In this document: in pieces, positions 1 through 10,220 of the stretch | How positions within the stretch are numbered: the first letter of the stretch is position 1 | Layout of the letters: the number at the start of each line of letters is the position of its first letter | NCBI GenBank assembly: GCA_965216565.1 | Contig: OZ244170.1 | Coordinates: 1,216,001-1,280,000, forward strand | Source of the DNA: Bythopirellula sp. | GTDB lineage: Bacteria > Planctomycetota > Planctomycetia > Pirellulales > Lacipirellulaceae | Length of the DNA stretch: 64,000 bases | Direction of reading: 5' to 3' | Program-made: the position numbers and the translations under genes | Notes under the pieces: generated by a model | The model's database searches: none | What the model was told of the DNA's origin: nothing | What the model saw: the letters and a program-made list of their open reading frames with translations, nothing else

Positions 1-762
1 GATCCGGTGCTATTTCTTTCGAACCCCGAGGGCGTCGACCGGAAGACGCGCCGCCGTATGCTCGATTCGCTGGCTCGCATCAATCAACAGACGCTCGAGA
101 AATTTGGCGATCCCGAGACGCAGGCGAGAATCACCCAATATGAAATGGCTTTCCGTATGCAGAGCTCCGTGCCGGAGTTGACGGACTTGTCCGACGAGCC
201 GAAGCACGTGCTCGATATGTATGGCCCAGACGTCCATAAGCCGGGCACGTTTGCTGCCAGTTGTTTACTGGCGCGGAGAATGGCGGAGCGTGATGTGCGG
301 TTCGTGCAGATTTTTCACCGCGGCTGGGACCAGCATAAAAACGTAGGCGGCGACTTGCCCGACCAATGCCGCGACGTCGATCAACCTAGCTGGGCACTGA
401 TTCAAGATCTGAAACAACGCGGATTATTGGATGACACCCTGGTGATTTGGGGCGGCGAATTCGGCCGTACGATTTACTGCCAGGGCGAACTAACTCCCGA
501 GAATTATGGCCGCGACCATCATCCGAAATGTTTCACGGGTTGGCTTGCCGGGGGAGGCATCCAACCGGGAATTGTTTATGGAGAGACGGACGACTTCAGT
601 TACAACATCACTAAGAACCCGGTGCATATCCACGATTTGAATGCCACGATCCTGCACTGCCTGGGCATCGACCATAATCGCTTGTCCTACAACTTCCAGG
701 GACTGGATATGCGGCTCACGGGTGTCGAGCAACAACAGCCGGTGTTCGATATCCTCAGCTAG
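1..762 (+). CDS. DUF1501 domain protein (sulfatase-like, planctomycete), 5'-truncated by window edge
   Basis: Frame is open from base 1. Motifs [41 protein letters not shown] and [18 protein letters not shown] are typical of DUF1501. Confidence 0.9.
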   Translation, partial: DPVLFLSNPEGVDRKTRRRMLDSLARINQQTLEKFGDPETQARITQYEMAFRMQSSVPELTDLSDEPKHVLDMYGPDVHKPGTFAASCLLARRMAERDVRFVQIFHRGWDQHKNVGGDLPDQCRDVDQPSWALIQDLKQRGLLDDTLVIWGGEFGRTIYCQGELTPENYGRDHHPKCFTGWLAGGGIQPGIVYGETDDFSYNITKNPVHIHDLNATILHCLGIDHNRLSYNFQGLDMRLTGVEQQQPVFDILS

Positions 763-810
763 GGTCACCACTGGCTTGGATCACTGGAAACTGCGAAAGG
801 ATTTTTCCGC

Positions 811-2283
811 ATGACAATTTCTCGTCGACGATTTCTCAAGAATTCCGCGTTAGCCACCACGTCGCTTGCCTTGCCGGTGGGATCGGTTCGAGGGGTTGTT
901 GGCGCTAACGAGCGTATTCGCGTTGCCGTGGTGGGCGTCGGAGGACGTGGAAAACAACATATTGATGGATTCAAAGAACTTGTCGTGGCACTGTGCGATG
1001 CGGACCAACATTTTCTTGACCTCAGGGCCGATGAATACAAGCAGGAATATGGAACAGCCGTCGAGAAGTACACCGATTATCGCAAATTGCTCGAAGATCC
1101 CCATATTGATGCGATATCGATCGCTACGCCCAACCACACGCACGCGCTCATTGCCATTGCAGCCTTGGAGGCGGGCAAAGACGTTTATGTGGAGAAGCCA
1201 GTCTCGCACAATATTTGGGAAGGGCGGCAGCTAGTTCAGGCGGCTGAAAAGTACGACCGCATCGTGCAGAGCGGAACACAAATGCGTTCTAGCCCGTGCG
1301 TGGCAGAGGCGGTTTCGTTTGTGCAGTCGGGCAAACTTGGCAAGATTCTGTACGCCCTTGGGACTTGCTACAAACCTCGCAAGAGTATCGGCCAGAGTGA
1401 ATCGCCGCTGCGGTTTCCTGCTTCCTTAGGTCGCGACCTATGGCTGGGGCCAGCGGCCGATGTGGCGATCTATCGTCCCGAAAACAACTCCCGCCGCGGA
1501 TACAATCCGCATTACGATTGGCACTGGGACTACAACACAGGCAATGGCGACGTGGGCAATCAAGGCATTCACGAGATGGACGTGGCCCGTTGGTTCCTGG
1601 GAGAGAGTTTGCTGCCACGTCGGGCGATGAGTATCGGTGGACGTTTCGGATACAAAGATGCGGGCAACACGCCTAACACCCAAGTTGCCTATTTCGATTA
1701 CAGCAATGCTCCTCTAATCTTTGAAGTGCGTGGCCTACCGAAATCGAAGGCGGGTCAGCAGGATTGGAGCCATTCGATGGACAACTATCGTGGCTCGCAG
1801 ATCGGGGTGATTGTGCAGTGCGAACATGGCCACGTGTTAGTGGCGGCCCACGACCAAGCCACGGCAATCGACAACGATGGTGAGATCATCCAGAAATGGG
1901 AGGGCGTAGGAGATCATTATCAAAATTTCCTGCAGGCGGTTCGTTCCAGGAAGAAATCGGATCTAAACGCCAGCATCCTCGAGGGACACCTGTCGAGCGC
2001 GCTTTGCCACGTAGGCAATATCTCGCACCGACTTGGAACCCAAGTTTCTTCCCAGGAGATTCAAGGCGAAATCGAACAGCATGAGCTTATTGCTGATTCG
2101 TTTCAGCGCATGGTGCATCATTTGAAAGCCAACGAAGTCGATCTCGCGGGTGACGATATCACCCTCGGCCCGTGGTTGGAAATGGAGCCTGAGTCGGAGC
2201 GATTTTCGAACAACGCAGGTGCGAATGATTTGTTGACGCGGGAGTATCGTACTCCATTTGAGATACCGAAGATTTCGATGTGA
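811..2283 (+). CDS. Gfo/Idh/MocA family oxidoreductase with Tat signal
   Basis: SRRRFLK twin-arginine motif, VGVGGRG Rossmann motif, ATPNHTH, YVEKP, GNQGIHEMD. Confidence 0.9.
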   Translation: MTISRRRFLKNSALATTSLALPVGSVRGVVGANERIRVAVVGVGGRGKQHIDGFKELVVALCDADQHFLDLRADEYKQEYGTAVEKYTDYRKLLEDPHIDAISIATPNHTHALIAIAALEAGKDVYVEKPVSHNIWEGRQLVQAAEKYDRIVQSGTQMRSSPCVAEAVSFVQSGKLGKILYALGTCYKPRKSIGQSESPLRFPASLGRDLWLGPAADVAIYRPENNSRRGYNPHYDWHWDYNTGNGDVGNQGIHEMDVARWFLGESLLPRRAMSIGGRFGYKDAGNTPNTQVAYFDYSNAPLIFEVRGLPKSKAGQQDWSHSMDNYRGSQIGVIVQCEHGHVLVAAHDQATAIDNDGEIIQKWEGVGDHYQNFLQAVRSRKKSDLNASILEGHLSSALCHVGNISHRLGTQVSSQEIQGEIEQHELIADSFQRMVHHLKANEVDLAGDDITLGPWLEMEPESERFSNNAGANDLLTREYRTPFEIPKISM

Positions 2284-2745
2284 AACACTATGGTGATTGT
2301 TGCATTTTCCAAAGAGTGGTCGCGAAGTCACCAGAGAAGGCAGTGACTAAGAAACTCTCGTTATGATTGAAACGCTCTACGCTGATGTGTGCTATCGCAC
2401 ACAGGGTCGCGGGATGGGTAGCGAAGCGCTGCGGAGGACTCTCGGTAGCTTCTTAAATTTTGCTAATTGCATAAGTAATTGGCTTAAAAAGATACATATG
2501 TACTATTGGAAAACCGTGAAAAGGTTTGCATCGCTCCTGAAAGTCGTTTATCATGCGAAGTGTGTAGGCTGCGCGAAAAAGAGGAAATCGCACCGCAAAG
2601 CCGATACATGAACCGCTTGGTTTCGTGTTAGGATACACGGAAGTTAGCTCGTCTAATCCCGTCAACTGTTTAGTTCTAATCGAACCACGTGTCCTGCAAC
2701 TGGGTGTCGTGCAAGTTTGACATCTTTTCAAGAGGGGAAAAGCTC

Positions 2746-3825
2746 ATGATTAAGAGTCTCGTAAGTTGTGCTTCCATCGCACTGGTATTCTGCCTATCTG
2801 CTACGCTCAGCCAGGGGCAAGAAGTTTATGACTTTGACGGAGGCGGCGACGGCACCTCCTACAGTGATCCGAACAACTGGGTCGTAGTCACCGACCCCAA
2901 TGGAAATCCAGGTAGCGGTAATCCCGCCACTGCGCCGCAATCGACAACTTTTGCAAACATTGGATTGCCTGGTGTGGTGGTCGATGTGACCGATCCAAAC
3001 GCGTCAACGCTGGTCGTCAACATTCGCGGAACGGGTTCGGCGTCGTTAGGTGCAGGTTTCTTTTTAAGTACGGGTGGCGATCTCGCAATAGGTACCGATC
3101 CTAATGGTGCAGCAACAAATGCACTTTTCACAATGACTGGCGGTACACAGGAGACAACAGGTTCCGGTTCAGATATCGAAGTCGGTCTTTCTTCTCCCGG
3201 AACTATGAATATGAGCGGGGGTACGGCAAGTGCACGCGATGATGTTGTTGTTCGCACGGATAGTGCTCTTAACGTAACGGGCGGAACACTAAACGTCGGT
3301 GACCGTTTAATCACCGAAGACAATGCCATCGTGACGAACGATGGTGGCTCGATTATCGCCAGTGACGATTTCTTCTTCTTCGGCAATTCGCAAATTACGC
3401 AAGAAAACGGCCTGATGGAAGTCAAAGACAAAATGCGCTTCACAGGCGATCCGAATGATGGTGTTTCCAAGTTAACGATCAACGGTGGTACTGTTCGTAC
3501 TGAAGAATTCCATTTCAACATCACCACAATTGATGATTTCCGTGGCATTACTGAAATTAACGACGATGGCGTGCTTCAGGTCATTCAAGGTGACGGTAGC
3601 ACTCAGAGTGAATTGACAATTCGAATGGCGCGGGACTTGATTGCCGAAGGCGTTCACCTGACAACTGCTGGAGCAAAGCCGCTGGGAGCGTTTTCGGTCG
3701 TTGTTCCAAGCTCCATTCATGGAACGAATTTGACCTACACGCAGATTTCGGTAGTTCCAGAACCTGCCTCGGCATTGATGCTCAGCCTGGGTAGTTTGGG
3801 TCTTCTGATGCGACGGAGAAAGTAA
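2746..3825 (+). CDS. Secreted PEP-CTERM protein with GG-rich beta-strand repeats
   Basis: ATG 2746 follows AGAGGGG. Signal peptide present. C-terminus VPEPASALMLSLGSLGLLMRRRK. Repeated (M/V)(T/S)GGT units. Confidence 0.85.
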   Translation: MIKSLVSCASIALVFCLSATLSQGQEVYDFDGGGDGTSYSDPNNWVVVTDPNGNPGSGNPATAPQSTTFANIGLPGVVVDVTDPNASTLVVNIRGTGSASLGAGFFLSTGGDLAIGTDPNGAATNALFTMTGGTQETTGSGSDIEVGLSSPGTMNMSGGTASARDDVVVRTDSALNVTGGTLNVGDRLITEDNAIVTNDGGSIIASDDFFFFGNSQITQENGLMEVKDKMRFTGDPNDGVSKLTINGGTVRTEEFHFNITTIDDFRGITEINDDGVLQVIQGDGSTQSELTIRMARDLIAEGVHLTTAGAKPLGAFSVVVPSSIHGTNLTYTQISVVPEPASALMLSLGSLGLLMRRRK

Positions 3826-3880
3826 ATCCTGACCATTTCGTTCAAGGTTTACTTGTTCGAAAATTAGGAGAGAAGTTTTG

Positions 3881-3919
3881 CAAGGGCGTCGGGGTTGTCC
3901 TGGCGCCCTTGTTCTATTT
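3881..3919 (+). terminator. Stem-loop (terminator or mRNA-stabilising hairpin) after PEP-CTERM gene
   Basis: CAAGGGCGTCGGG-gttgt-CCTGGCGCCCTTG followed by TTCTATTTT. Confidence 0.55.
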
Positions 3920-3999
3920 ATGTCATTCAGAATGAATGTGTGCTAGATAACATCGGAATAAAGCCAAACAGTGATCAACTGGAAAAGGGAGTGGCTGTA

Positions 4000-5361
4000 A
4001 TGTTTAGAATACTTGCCGGTTTTGCCTCGATGGCAGTTCTAGTAGTCTTGATGTCTCCTCTGGCTATTGGTCAGCAAGACGAGATCTATGATTTCGATGG
4101 CTCGCCAAGCGATCCCAACTATGCCAACGATCCTAACAACCAACCCTATGATCCAACCGACTGGATGACCTCGGTCAATTGGAGTGACGGTGGTTCCGAT
4201 CCGTTTGGAGGCATATTCGGACCACTACTACCAGACTTCGGAACGCGTGTTGAACTGGAAGAAGATAAGTATGGCGCCAATGCTCCTGTTGTCGGTCCTG
4301 GCGACGTAGCTGAGGCGTTCGGCATACGGATCGGTCGCGCGGGCGGCGGCAATTTGCTCGGGGAAGGTCTACTGACAGTCACCGGTGGATCACTGACAGT
4401 CAGGGATGGCGGGATGAATTGCGCATTGCTGGGTGGCGATAGTTGTTCTCGACTGCGTGTCGGGAATGCTCAGGTGGCAGTCGACGCCGAGCGTTTTCCG
4501 GGAACGTTCGACGTTCAAGGAGGTACTACAACGACCGACACCCTATGGATCGGCAGTGGCTCGCGCGGCACGGTGAACATGAGCGGTGGTGTGGTCAATA
4601 CGCGCAATCACCTCTACTTTGATTGGACCTTCGATCCCACTAGCGCCGCGGGCCCAGATCCGAATAGCAGTGTCTTGAATATGACCGGCGGTACGATCAA
4701 TGTTGCCACTCAATTTGTCATGCATCGCACGTCAAGAATGAACTTGGATGGCGGGGAAATCCTCGTTACCGGGCAAGCTCGGTTTGGGAGCACCTTAGAC
4801 AACCCGGGCGCTTCACAGGGTGGTCAGCAAGACCCGAATGTTGACGTCTCGATTACCGATGGCCTATTTGAAGCCGGTGGTAGACTGCAAATTGGTGGTT
4901 CGGTGGTTGTTGATGGTGGAATTCTTCGGGCGCGAAGGTTCGAGGAATCCCTTAGTGCCGGCACGATCGAAGTGAACAGTGGCGGCCTGCTGCAGTTCGA
5001 TAATTCCCAAGAGAGCGTTTCGGCAGTGCAGACACTGATCACTAGTGGTTTCATCACCACAAGTGAGAGCTCGCCCCTTACCGTCTCGATCGTTGATGTG
5101 GGCGGTACCGATTTCACCCAGGTCTCGATCGATTCGGGCATCCTCGGCGATTTCAACATGGACGGAAACGTCGATGGCCTTGATTTTCTATTTTGGCAGG
5201 AAGATCCCAATGTTGGCCCTCTTAGTGATTGGGAGGGGAACTACGGTTTTACCTCGATCAGCGCCGCAGTGACGAGTGTGCCCGAGCCATCGTCGATTGC
5301 GTTTGCCATGCTTGTATGTTCAAGTTTAGGGATCCGATTTAGAGGCTTCGAACGTCAATAG
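4000..5361 (+). CDS. Secreted PEP-CTERM protein with beta-strand repeats and dockerin-like module
   Basis: ATG 4000 follows AAGGGAG. Signal peptide present. GDFNMDGNVDGLDFLFWQ module, then VPEPSS plus a hydrophobic stretch and basic tail. Confidence 0.85.
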   Translation: MFRILAGFASMAVLVVLMSPLAIGQQDEIYDFDGSPSDPNYANDPNNQPYDPTDWMTSVNWSDGGSDPFGGIFGPLLPDFGTRVELEEDKYGANAPVVGPGDVAEAFGIRIGRAGGGNLLGEGLLTVTGGSLTVRDGGMNCALLGGDSCSRLRVGNAQVAVDAERFPGTFDVQGGTTTTDTLWIGSGSRGTVNMSGGVVNTRNHLYFDWTFDPTSAAGPDPNSSVLNMTGGTINVATQFVMHRTSRMNLDGGEILVTGQARFGSTLDNPGASQGGQQDPNVDVSITDGLFEAGGRLQIGGSVVVDGGILRARRFEESLSAGTIEVNSGGLLQFDNSQESVSAVQTLITSGFITTSESSPLTVSIVDVGGTDFTQVSIDSGILGDFNMDGNVDGLDFLFWQEDPNVGPLSDWEGNYGFTSISAAVTSVPEPSSIAFAMLVCSSLGIRFRGFERQ

Positions 5362-5409
5362 TCGGCCTCACGGGGATCGACGTTAAGTGGAATTGATGGG
5401 AGACACGAA

Positions 5410-5910
5410 TTGAAGACACGGATGAATGGGGAAGGTGTCGTTCGCAGTGCCCTGCGAACGCCGACAAATCGCGACCCTCTGGCAAGTTCCAGAGGTGTTC
5501 TCTCCTGGTTGTTGACTTGCTTGGTGCTAGGTGCAGCAGGATGCAGCGATGGTCGGCCTCCACGTGTGACGGTATCTGGACAAGTGCTGATTGATGGGCA
5601 GCCGCTGCAACAAGGCTCGGTGCAGTTTATTCCGAAAGGAGGCCGTCCTGCGGTAGGGAAAATTGACGAGAATGGCCGCTTTACCCTGTCAACCTACGAT
5701 ACCGATGATGGCGTCGTGCTGGGAGTCCATCAGGTGGCTGTTAACGCCTCAGAATATTTGAGCGCTAAAAAAAAGAAATGGCACGCCCCCAAGAAGTACG
5801 CCACATTTAGAACTACGCCCCTCACCCAGGAAATTACAGGCTCGGTCGATTCGTTAGAGATCAATCTTACGTGGGATGGTGGCAAGCCATTCGTGGAAAG
5901 GGTGAAGTAG
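5410..5910 (+). CDS. Small lipoprotein, carboxypeptidase-regulatory-like fold (DUF1559-associated)
   Basis: Lipobox AAGC, VSGQVLIDGQPL..GSVQFIP, G.HQVAV, PKKYA. Start codon uncertain. Confidence 0.75.
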   Translation: MKTRMNGEGVVRSALRTPTNRDPLASSRGVLSWLLTCLVLGAAGCSDGRPPRVTVSGQVLIDGQPLQQGSVQFIPKGGRPAVGKIDENGRFTLSTYDTDDGVVLGVHQVAVNASEYLSAKKKKWHAPKKYATFRTTPLTQEITGSVDSLEINLTWDGGKPFVERVK

Positions 5911-5912
5911 CT

Positions 5913-6389
5913 ATGAGATCTTTCACCAACAAAATGTCTCATCTAGGCCTGACAACTTTGAGTTGTGCGGTCCTATCACTTGCCGCGATCGGTTGCGATC
6001 GAGGCCCGCAAACGGTTCCCGTAAAAGGCAAAGTATTGCTCGACGGCGAACCGCTCACTGTGGGTTCAATACGTTTTGTTTCCGACACTGGTCGTCCTGC
6101 GGGAAGCATTGTCGGGGAAGATGGCTCTTTCAGTGTTGTATCTATTTCGGGAAATGATCGAAAGCAGATCCACGGCTTGGTTCCAGGCCGCTATCGCATG
6201 TCGATCAAGGCCACCGAGATGCTCGGCGAAGAAGAAGATGCTGAGGTGCGTTGGCTGGTGCCTCGTCGTTATGCAGATACTCGTACGTCCGGACTGTTGG
6301 CTGATATCGAGGAGCCGACTGAGAATCTGATCGTGAAACTTAGTTCGGATGATTCAATGGAAGAAAACTCGGAGAACGACGATCGCTAA
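5913..6389 (+). CDS. Small lipoprotein, carboxypeptidase-regulatory-like fold (DUF1559-associated)
   Basis: Lipobox AIGC, VKGKVLLDGEPL..GSIRF, PGRYRM, PRRYAD..TSGL. Paralogous to the upstream gene. Confidence 0.75.
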   Translation: MRSFTNKMSHLGLTTLSCAVLSLAAIGCDRGPQTVPVKGKVLLDGEPLTVGSIRFVSDTGRPAGSIVGEDGSFSVVSISGNDRKQIHGLVPGRYRMSIKATEMLGEEEDAEVRWLVPRRYADTRTSGLLADIEEPTENLIVKLSSDDSMEENSENDDR

Positions 6390-6446
6390 TTTCTCGGGTG
6401 GTCCTTGGAAGTGAACGCTAGTCCAATGGTAAAAAGGGAAATAATC

Positions 6447-7523
6447 ATGAACCGCAGTTTAAGAGCTAAACATCCTGATGCATTTCGCAATCTAGGTTTT
6501 ACACTAGTAGAACTGTTGGTGGTGATTGCCATTATTGGCGTGCTCGTGGCCCTATTGCTGCCCGCCGTCCAGGCCGCTCGTGAAGCGGCACGACGAGCAC
6601 AGTGTGTGAATAACGAGAAGCAATTGGGACTGGCATTCTTGAACTATGAAGGAGCTCGAAAGAATTTTCCCGCGGGCCGGCACGGCTGTGATGGAGCCGT
6701 GAATCTCAATGTAGAAGGATGCGAACCCACGCCTGAAATCAAGCGTTCGGCAATGAGCGCGTTTGTTAAGATTCTTCCCTACCTCGAACAGCAAGCACTC
6801 TACGACATATTTACCTCGGAACCTGGAGACGGATATCTCAAAGGGAGCGCCGAGATTATCTGGCCAATCAATAGCGGTAGCGGCAATACGAATTCGTTAT
6901 CAAATTGGGCGACCACAGAATTGCAGCAGGCGTTGAGCAATCGACCTGACGCATTTGTTTGTCCTAGCGCCGGTTCCATGCCCCTATCTGAATCCCTTCG
7001 TTACGAGAGTGATGAATTTCAACCAGCAACTGGCGACTATGTCTTAAACATGGGTCATCGTGGTCACCCTACCTTCGACAGAGATTTCTTGGCTGTAAAA
7101 GTCGATAACTCGGGAATATTCTTTTATATTCGAGAGATCAAGCTCGCAGAGATCGAAGATGGTACGAGCAATACATTCTTCGGTGGCGAAACAAGCTTCA
7201 GCCACACGATTGACAGCAGCAACATCTGGACCCGCTCCGAACGTTTTCTTGATGGTATGCGTAATACGGATAACGCAATTAATTTTCCCTCGGGTCCCGA
7301 CTATGCCGCTACTTTCTCTCCTGAGTTTCTCCATCGGAAATCAGAAGCACCCGACCGACCCTATTTCGCCGCCGGCGCTTTTGGCAGTGAGCATCCCGGA
7401 GGGGCCAACTTCTTTTACGCCGATGGACACGTCGAATTTCTGGCCGATGAGATTGATCTGTTGACGTACCAAGCGACCAGCACCCGCGCTCAACAGGAAG
7501 TCAACGACGTCTACCTGCGATAA
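6447..7523 (+). CDS. DUF1559 family prepilin-type (PulG-like) protein
   Basis: [42 protein letters not shown], and C-terminal H-X9-DG motif ([12 protein letters not shown]). Confidence 0.92.
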   Translation: MNRSLRAKHPDAFRNLGFTLVELLVVIAIIGVLVALLLPAVQAAREAARRAQCVNNEKQLGLAFLNYEGARKNFPAGRHGCDGAVNLNVEGCEPTPEIKRSAMSAFVKILPYLEQQALYDIFTSEPGDGYLKGSAEIIWPINSGSGNTNSLSNWATTELQQALSNRPDAFVCPSAGSMPLSESLRYESDEFQPATGDYVLNMGHRGHPTFDRDFLAVKVDNSGIFFYIREIKLAEIEDGTSNTFFGGETSFSHTIDSSNIWTRSERFLDGMRNTDNAINFPSGPDYAATFSPEFLHRKSEAPDRPYFAAGAFGSEHPGGANFFYADGHVEFLADEIDLLTYQATSTRAQQEVNDVYLR

Positions 7524-7577
7524 GTACGAACGCTGTTGTGCTGATAAGATTACGTAGAAGCACTGTAACTATGCGAC

Positions 7578-10163
7578 CTAGCGATCGCGTTCAACACTTA
7601 CGTCTACTAATCGTCGACTCGGAAGTTCGAATGTCACTTGCTGACCGCGTTCCTCGATCGTGATGAGTTTGTCGCTTGATTCCAGCTCCTGGGGATCAAT
7701 ACGTAACCGGTATGTTCCCGGCGTCAATTGCCAGGGCCGCATGGTAATCTGTTCGCTTTGGTCTGAGTGGGAATATAACTTCACTTGCAGGGTGTCGCGG
7801 CCGGTCTCGGTGACTAGCGCGGTGAAGTCCGTGCCAGTTTGCTCCCACGTGACCGCGAAATAGGGGGATAGGTCTTCTTGGACGCCGTCGCCGGTGAGCA
7901 TCGCTTTCAAATGGTCCGAGCCCGGAGCGTAAACCCGATCGGTGTGAACCGCTTCGGAGGTTTTTAGGGGCGTATTGTAGCGCACGTTTTCTAGGAGGCG
8001 CTCTAACCCTGTGACGAGATGACGCTCGTCGCCACTTAGCCGATACCCTCCATAGTGCGTGCCGTAGCGAAGTATGAGATCGTCCCACCGTGGATCGCCA
8101 GTAGAAAATCGCCATTGCTCGACGACATTCCAGAACGGCTGCTGCTCAGCAAGTGTAAACGCTGCCCACGTGGGTGATCCCTTTTTCAGCTGCCTTTCCC
8201 CATCGTTAGGGAATTGTGATTCCTCGGCTTGAATTAATTCCAGCGCAAGAAACATCGGTTCGAGAAGCTGCTTGTCCTTAGTGAGTAGATAGGTGAACAG
8301 CAATTGATCGAGCATCATACTGCCAGCATAGTGCTTCCACTCGTAGTAATTCCAAAACATGTTGGCTTGGTACCAGGTTTGTTCGTCGCCATTCAGTGCC
8401 TCGTCGGTGAACCTGATCGAGGCCGGCACGATCCCGCGGGGCTTTCCCTTATCTGTACGCAATGCCGCATGGACCCAGGCGAGCGACCACTCGTGGAGCA
8501 GCCGGATAGTAGTGGGATCAGGTTTTCTATGCACCAAATATCGCATCGCCTTCACTGCCCGACTGTTGTATTCGAGATCTCGGCCCTTCGGTTCATTCGT
8601 ATCGACTTGAGTTGCGCTGAACCATGCGCTACGAAAGTGCCGATGTCCGCCAGTAGTGAGCCCAGTCCAGACCTGGTCGAAATGCTTAGCGGAATGGGAT
8701 AGCCGGTCGAGATACTGAGGATCGTCATTAAACAGTGTTAGCACGCACATGGTGTCTGCCACGAATTCGGAAGCGTGCTCCACATCCGAAACTTTCCTGG
8801 CATACCCATGTCGGATGTGGTCGCTGCGCCAAACACAGTCCGCCAACTGCTCCCAGCCTCTTTGAGCGGTGGTGTCCCCCGAGAGAACCAGCGGCGTCCA
8901 CCATCGAAGTAACTCCACGTCGTCGCCGAGCTTTCCACCAAATTCTCCGTTGGGCGCCTGTTGTTGTTCGACCCACCAATGCGAAATCTCCCGCAGCCGA
9001 CAGAGTGCCTCCCGTTGGGCGACGGACCAAGTCGGGGCATTTGCCGCGGAAGCCAGGCAATCGCAAGGATCGGGTAAGTCGATTTGTTGTTCGACATACA
9101 TGGCTAGCAACGCATTGTCTGGGTGAAGTGCGTAGAGCTGTTGCAAATCTCTCCGTCCCGAAAATGCCAATTCATCGCCACCCGCCTGTTTGTTCAACCA
9201 ATACAGGATTCTCCCTCGGACGAATAACGCCCGCTCCGAGAGCGGAGCTTGGATGTCTGGGTCGGCGCTCAACAATCCATCAAGCAACATAACCGCTTGG
9301 TAAAACCGATCGAACATGCCCAGGCCCGTCTTCGTTTTGGCCCATTCCCAGCCCCGCATGGCAAAATAGTCTTCTGCCAGCGTCAATTGCTCCAACTGCT
9401 GGAGCCAAAAGGCAGAGCAGGCATCGTCAGGGTTGCGATTCAACGCGTCTTTGATCTGTTTGGTCAATTCAGAGAGTGAGTCCTTGCTCTCGAATGCTCC
9501 TGCCAAGCTAAGTCTCTTAAAGAGCTGGCGATGAGCCGCAGTGGTAGGTGCGGCACGTCGGATAAGCGATAATCCCAGCAGTCGAACCTTTTCGTCTCCG
9601 CCTAGCTGAATTGACAGGCCTTCCGAGCCTACCTTTGCCAGTCCTTGGAACACTCGATAAGTTTTCGGCTGATCTCGCTGGGGCTCTGCCCGAGCCACGA
9701 ATTTCTGCCAACGTAGCGATTGGCTCTGACCTTGAATCTGGAGGTCTAAAGAATTGGGATCTTCTAACCCAGATTCGAGCCAAATGGTGACCCACCAGTC
9801 TCCGGGGACAAGATCAGCTCGAAACCCCAATCGTGGACCCGCGACGCCGTCGATAGTTTTAGAATCGCGAGATTTCTCCAATAGTCCACGAGTGAATTCC
9901 TCCGGGGGGGCATCCGTCCAGCCAAAGCCTTTTTTCGGCGTGTAAAGATTCTTCGCACTTAGCAGCTCGGATCCTGGCTCAACGGGCGAGTCAGCTGGAC
10001 CGGCGTCAAAATGCAAGACACTTCGATTGTTGGCCTGCTGTTCGGCCATTCCGCTGGAGCAAGGGATACTGACTAAGAGACATCCCAGCCTAACGGTAAG
10101 CTGAACATAACCGACGCCGGTCGATTGAAGACATTTCGCGATAAAATTGTCGAATCGAAACAC
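7578..10163 (-). CDS. Large hypothetical secreted protein, possibly carbohydrate-active (beta-sandwich N-terminus, helical-barrel core)
   Basis: 861-aa ORF with an N-terminal hydrophobic segment. FDAGPADSPV..Y...GFGW resembles the start of a galactose-binding-like domain. Trp/Asp/Glu-rich helical core (GEFGGKLGDDVE). Function not assignable. Confidence 0.6.
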   Translation of the reverse strand: MFRFDNFIAKCLQSTGVGYVQLTVRLGCLLVSIPCSSGMAEQQANNRSVLHFDAGPADSPVEPGSELLSAKNLYTPKKGFGWTDAPPEEFTRGLLEKSRDSKTIDGVAGPRLGFRADLVPGDWWVTIWLESGLEDPNSLDLQIQGQSQSLRWQKFVARAEPQRDQPKTYRVFQGLAKVGSEGLSIQLGGDEKVRLLGLSLIRRAAPTTAAHRQLFKRLSLAGAFESKDSLSELTKQIKDALNRNPDDACSAFWLQQLEQLTLAEDYFAMRGWEWAKTKTGLGMFDRFYQAVMLLDGLLSADPDIQAPLSERALFVRGRILYWLNKQAGGDELAFSGRRDLQQLYALHPDNALLAMYVEQQIDLPDPCDCLASAANAPTWSVAQREALCRLREISHWWVEQQQAPNGEFGGKLGDDVELLRWWTPLVLSGDTTAQRGWEQLADCVWRSDHIRHGYARKVSDVEHASEFVADTMCVLTLFNDDPQYLDRLSHSAKHFDQVWTGLTTGGHRHFRSAWFSATQVDTNEPKGRDLEYNSRAVKAMRYLVHRKPDPTTIRLLHEWSLAWVHAALRTDKGKPRGIVPASIRFTDEALNGDEQTWYQANMFWNYYEWKHYAGSMMLDQLLFTYLLTKDKQLLEPMFLALELIQAEESQFPNDGERQLKKGSPTWAAFTLAEQQPFWNVVEQWRFSTGDPRWDDLILRYGTHYGGYRLSGDERHLVTGLERLLENVRYNTPLKTSEAVHTDRVYAPGSDHLKAMLTGDGVQEDLSPYFAVTWEQTGTDFTALVTETGRDTLQVKLYSHSDQSEQITMRPWQLTPGTYRLRIDPQELESSDKLITIEERGQQVTFELPSRRLVDVSVERDR

Positions 10164-10220
10164 TTCAATCCATCCCTACAGAGGCAAGTGGTGAGGTACA
10201 GTTGTTCCCATGTCTGAACA

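Noticed and set aside
2363..2731. ORFs 2363-2611 (+) and 2453-2731 (-)
   Set aside because: They lie in an AT-rich promoter region with no motifs or RBS and are probably non-coding.
2859..3548. Long antisense ORFs over real genes (e.g. 2859-3548, 10680-11309, 21503-22114)
   Set aside because: These are shadow ORFs from codon bias of the sense-strand genes, with no family motifs.
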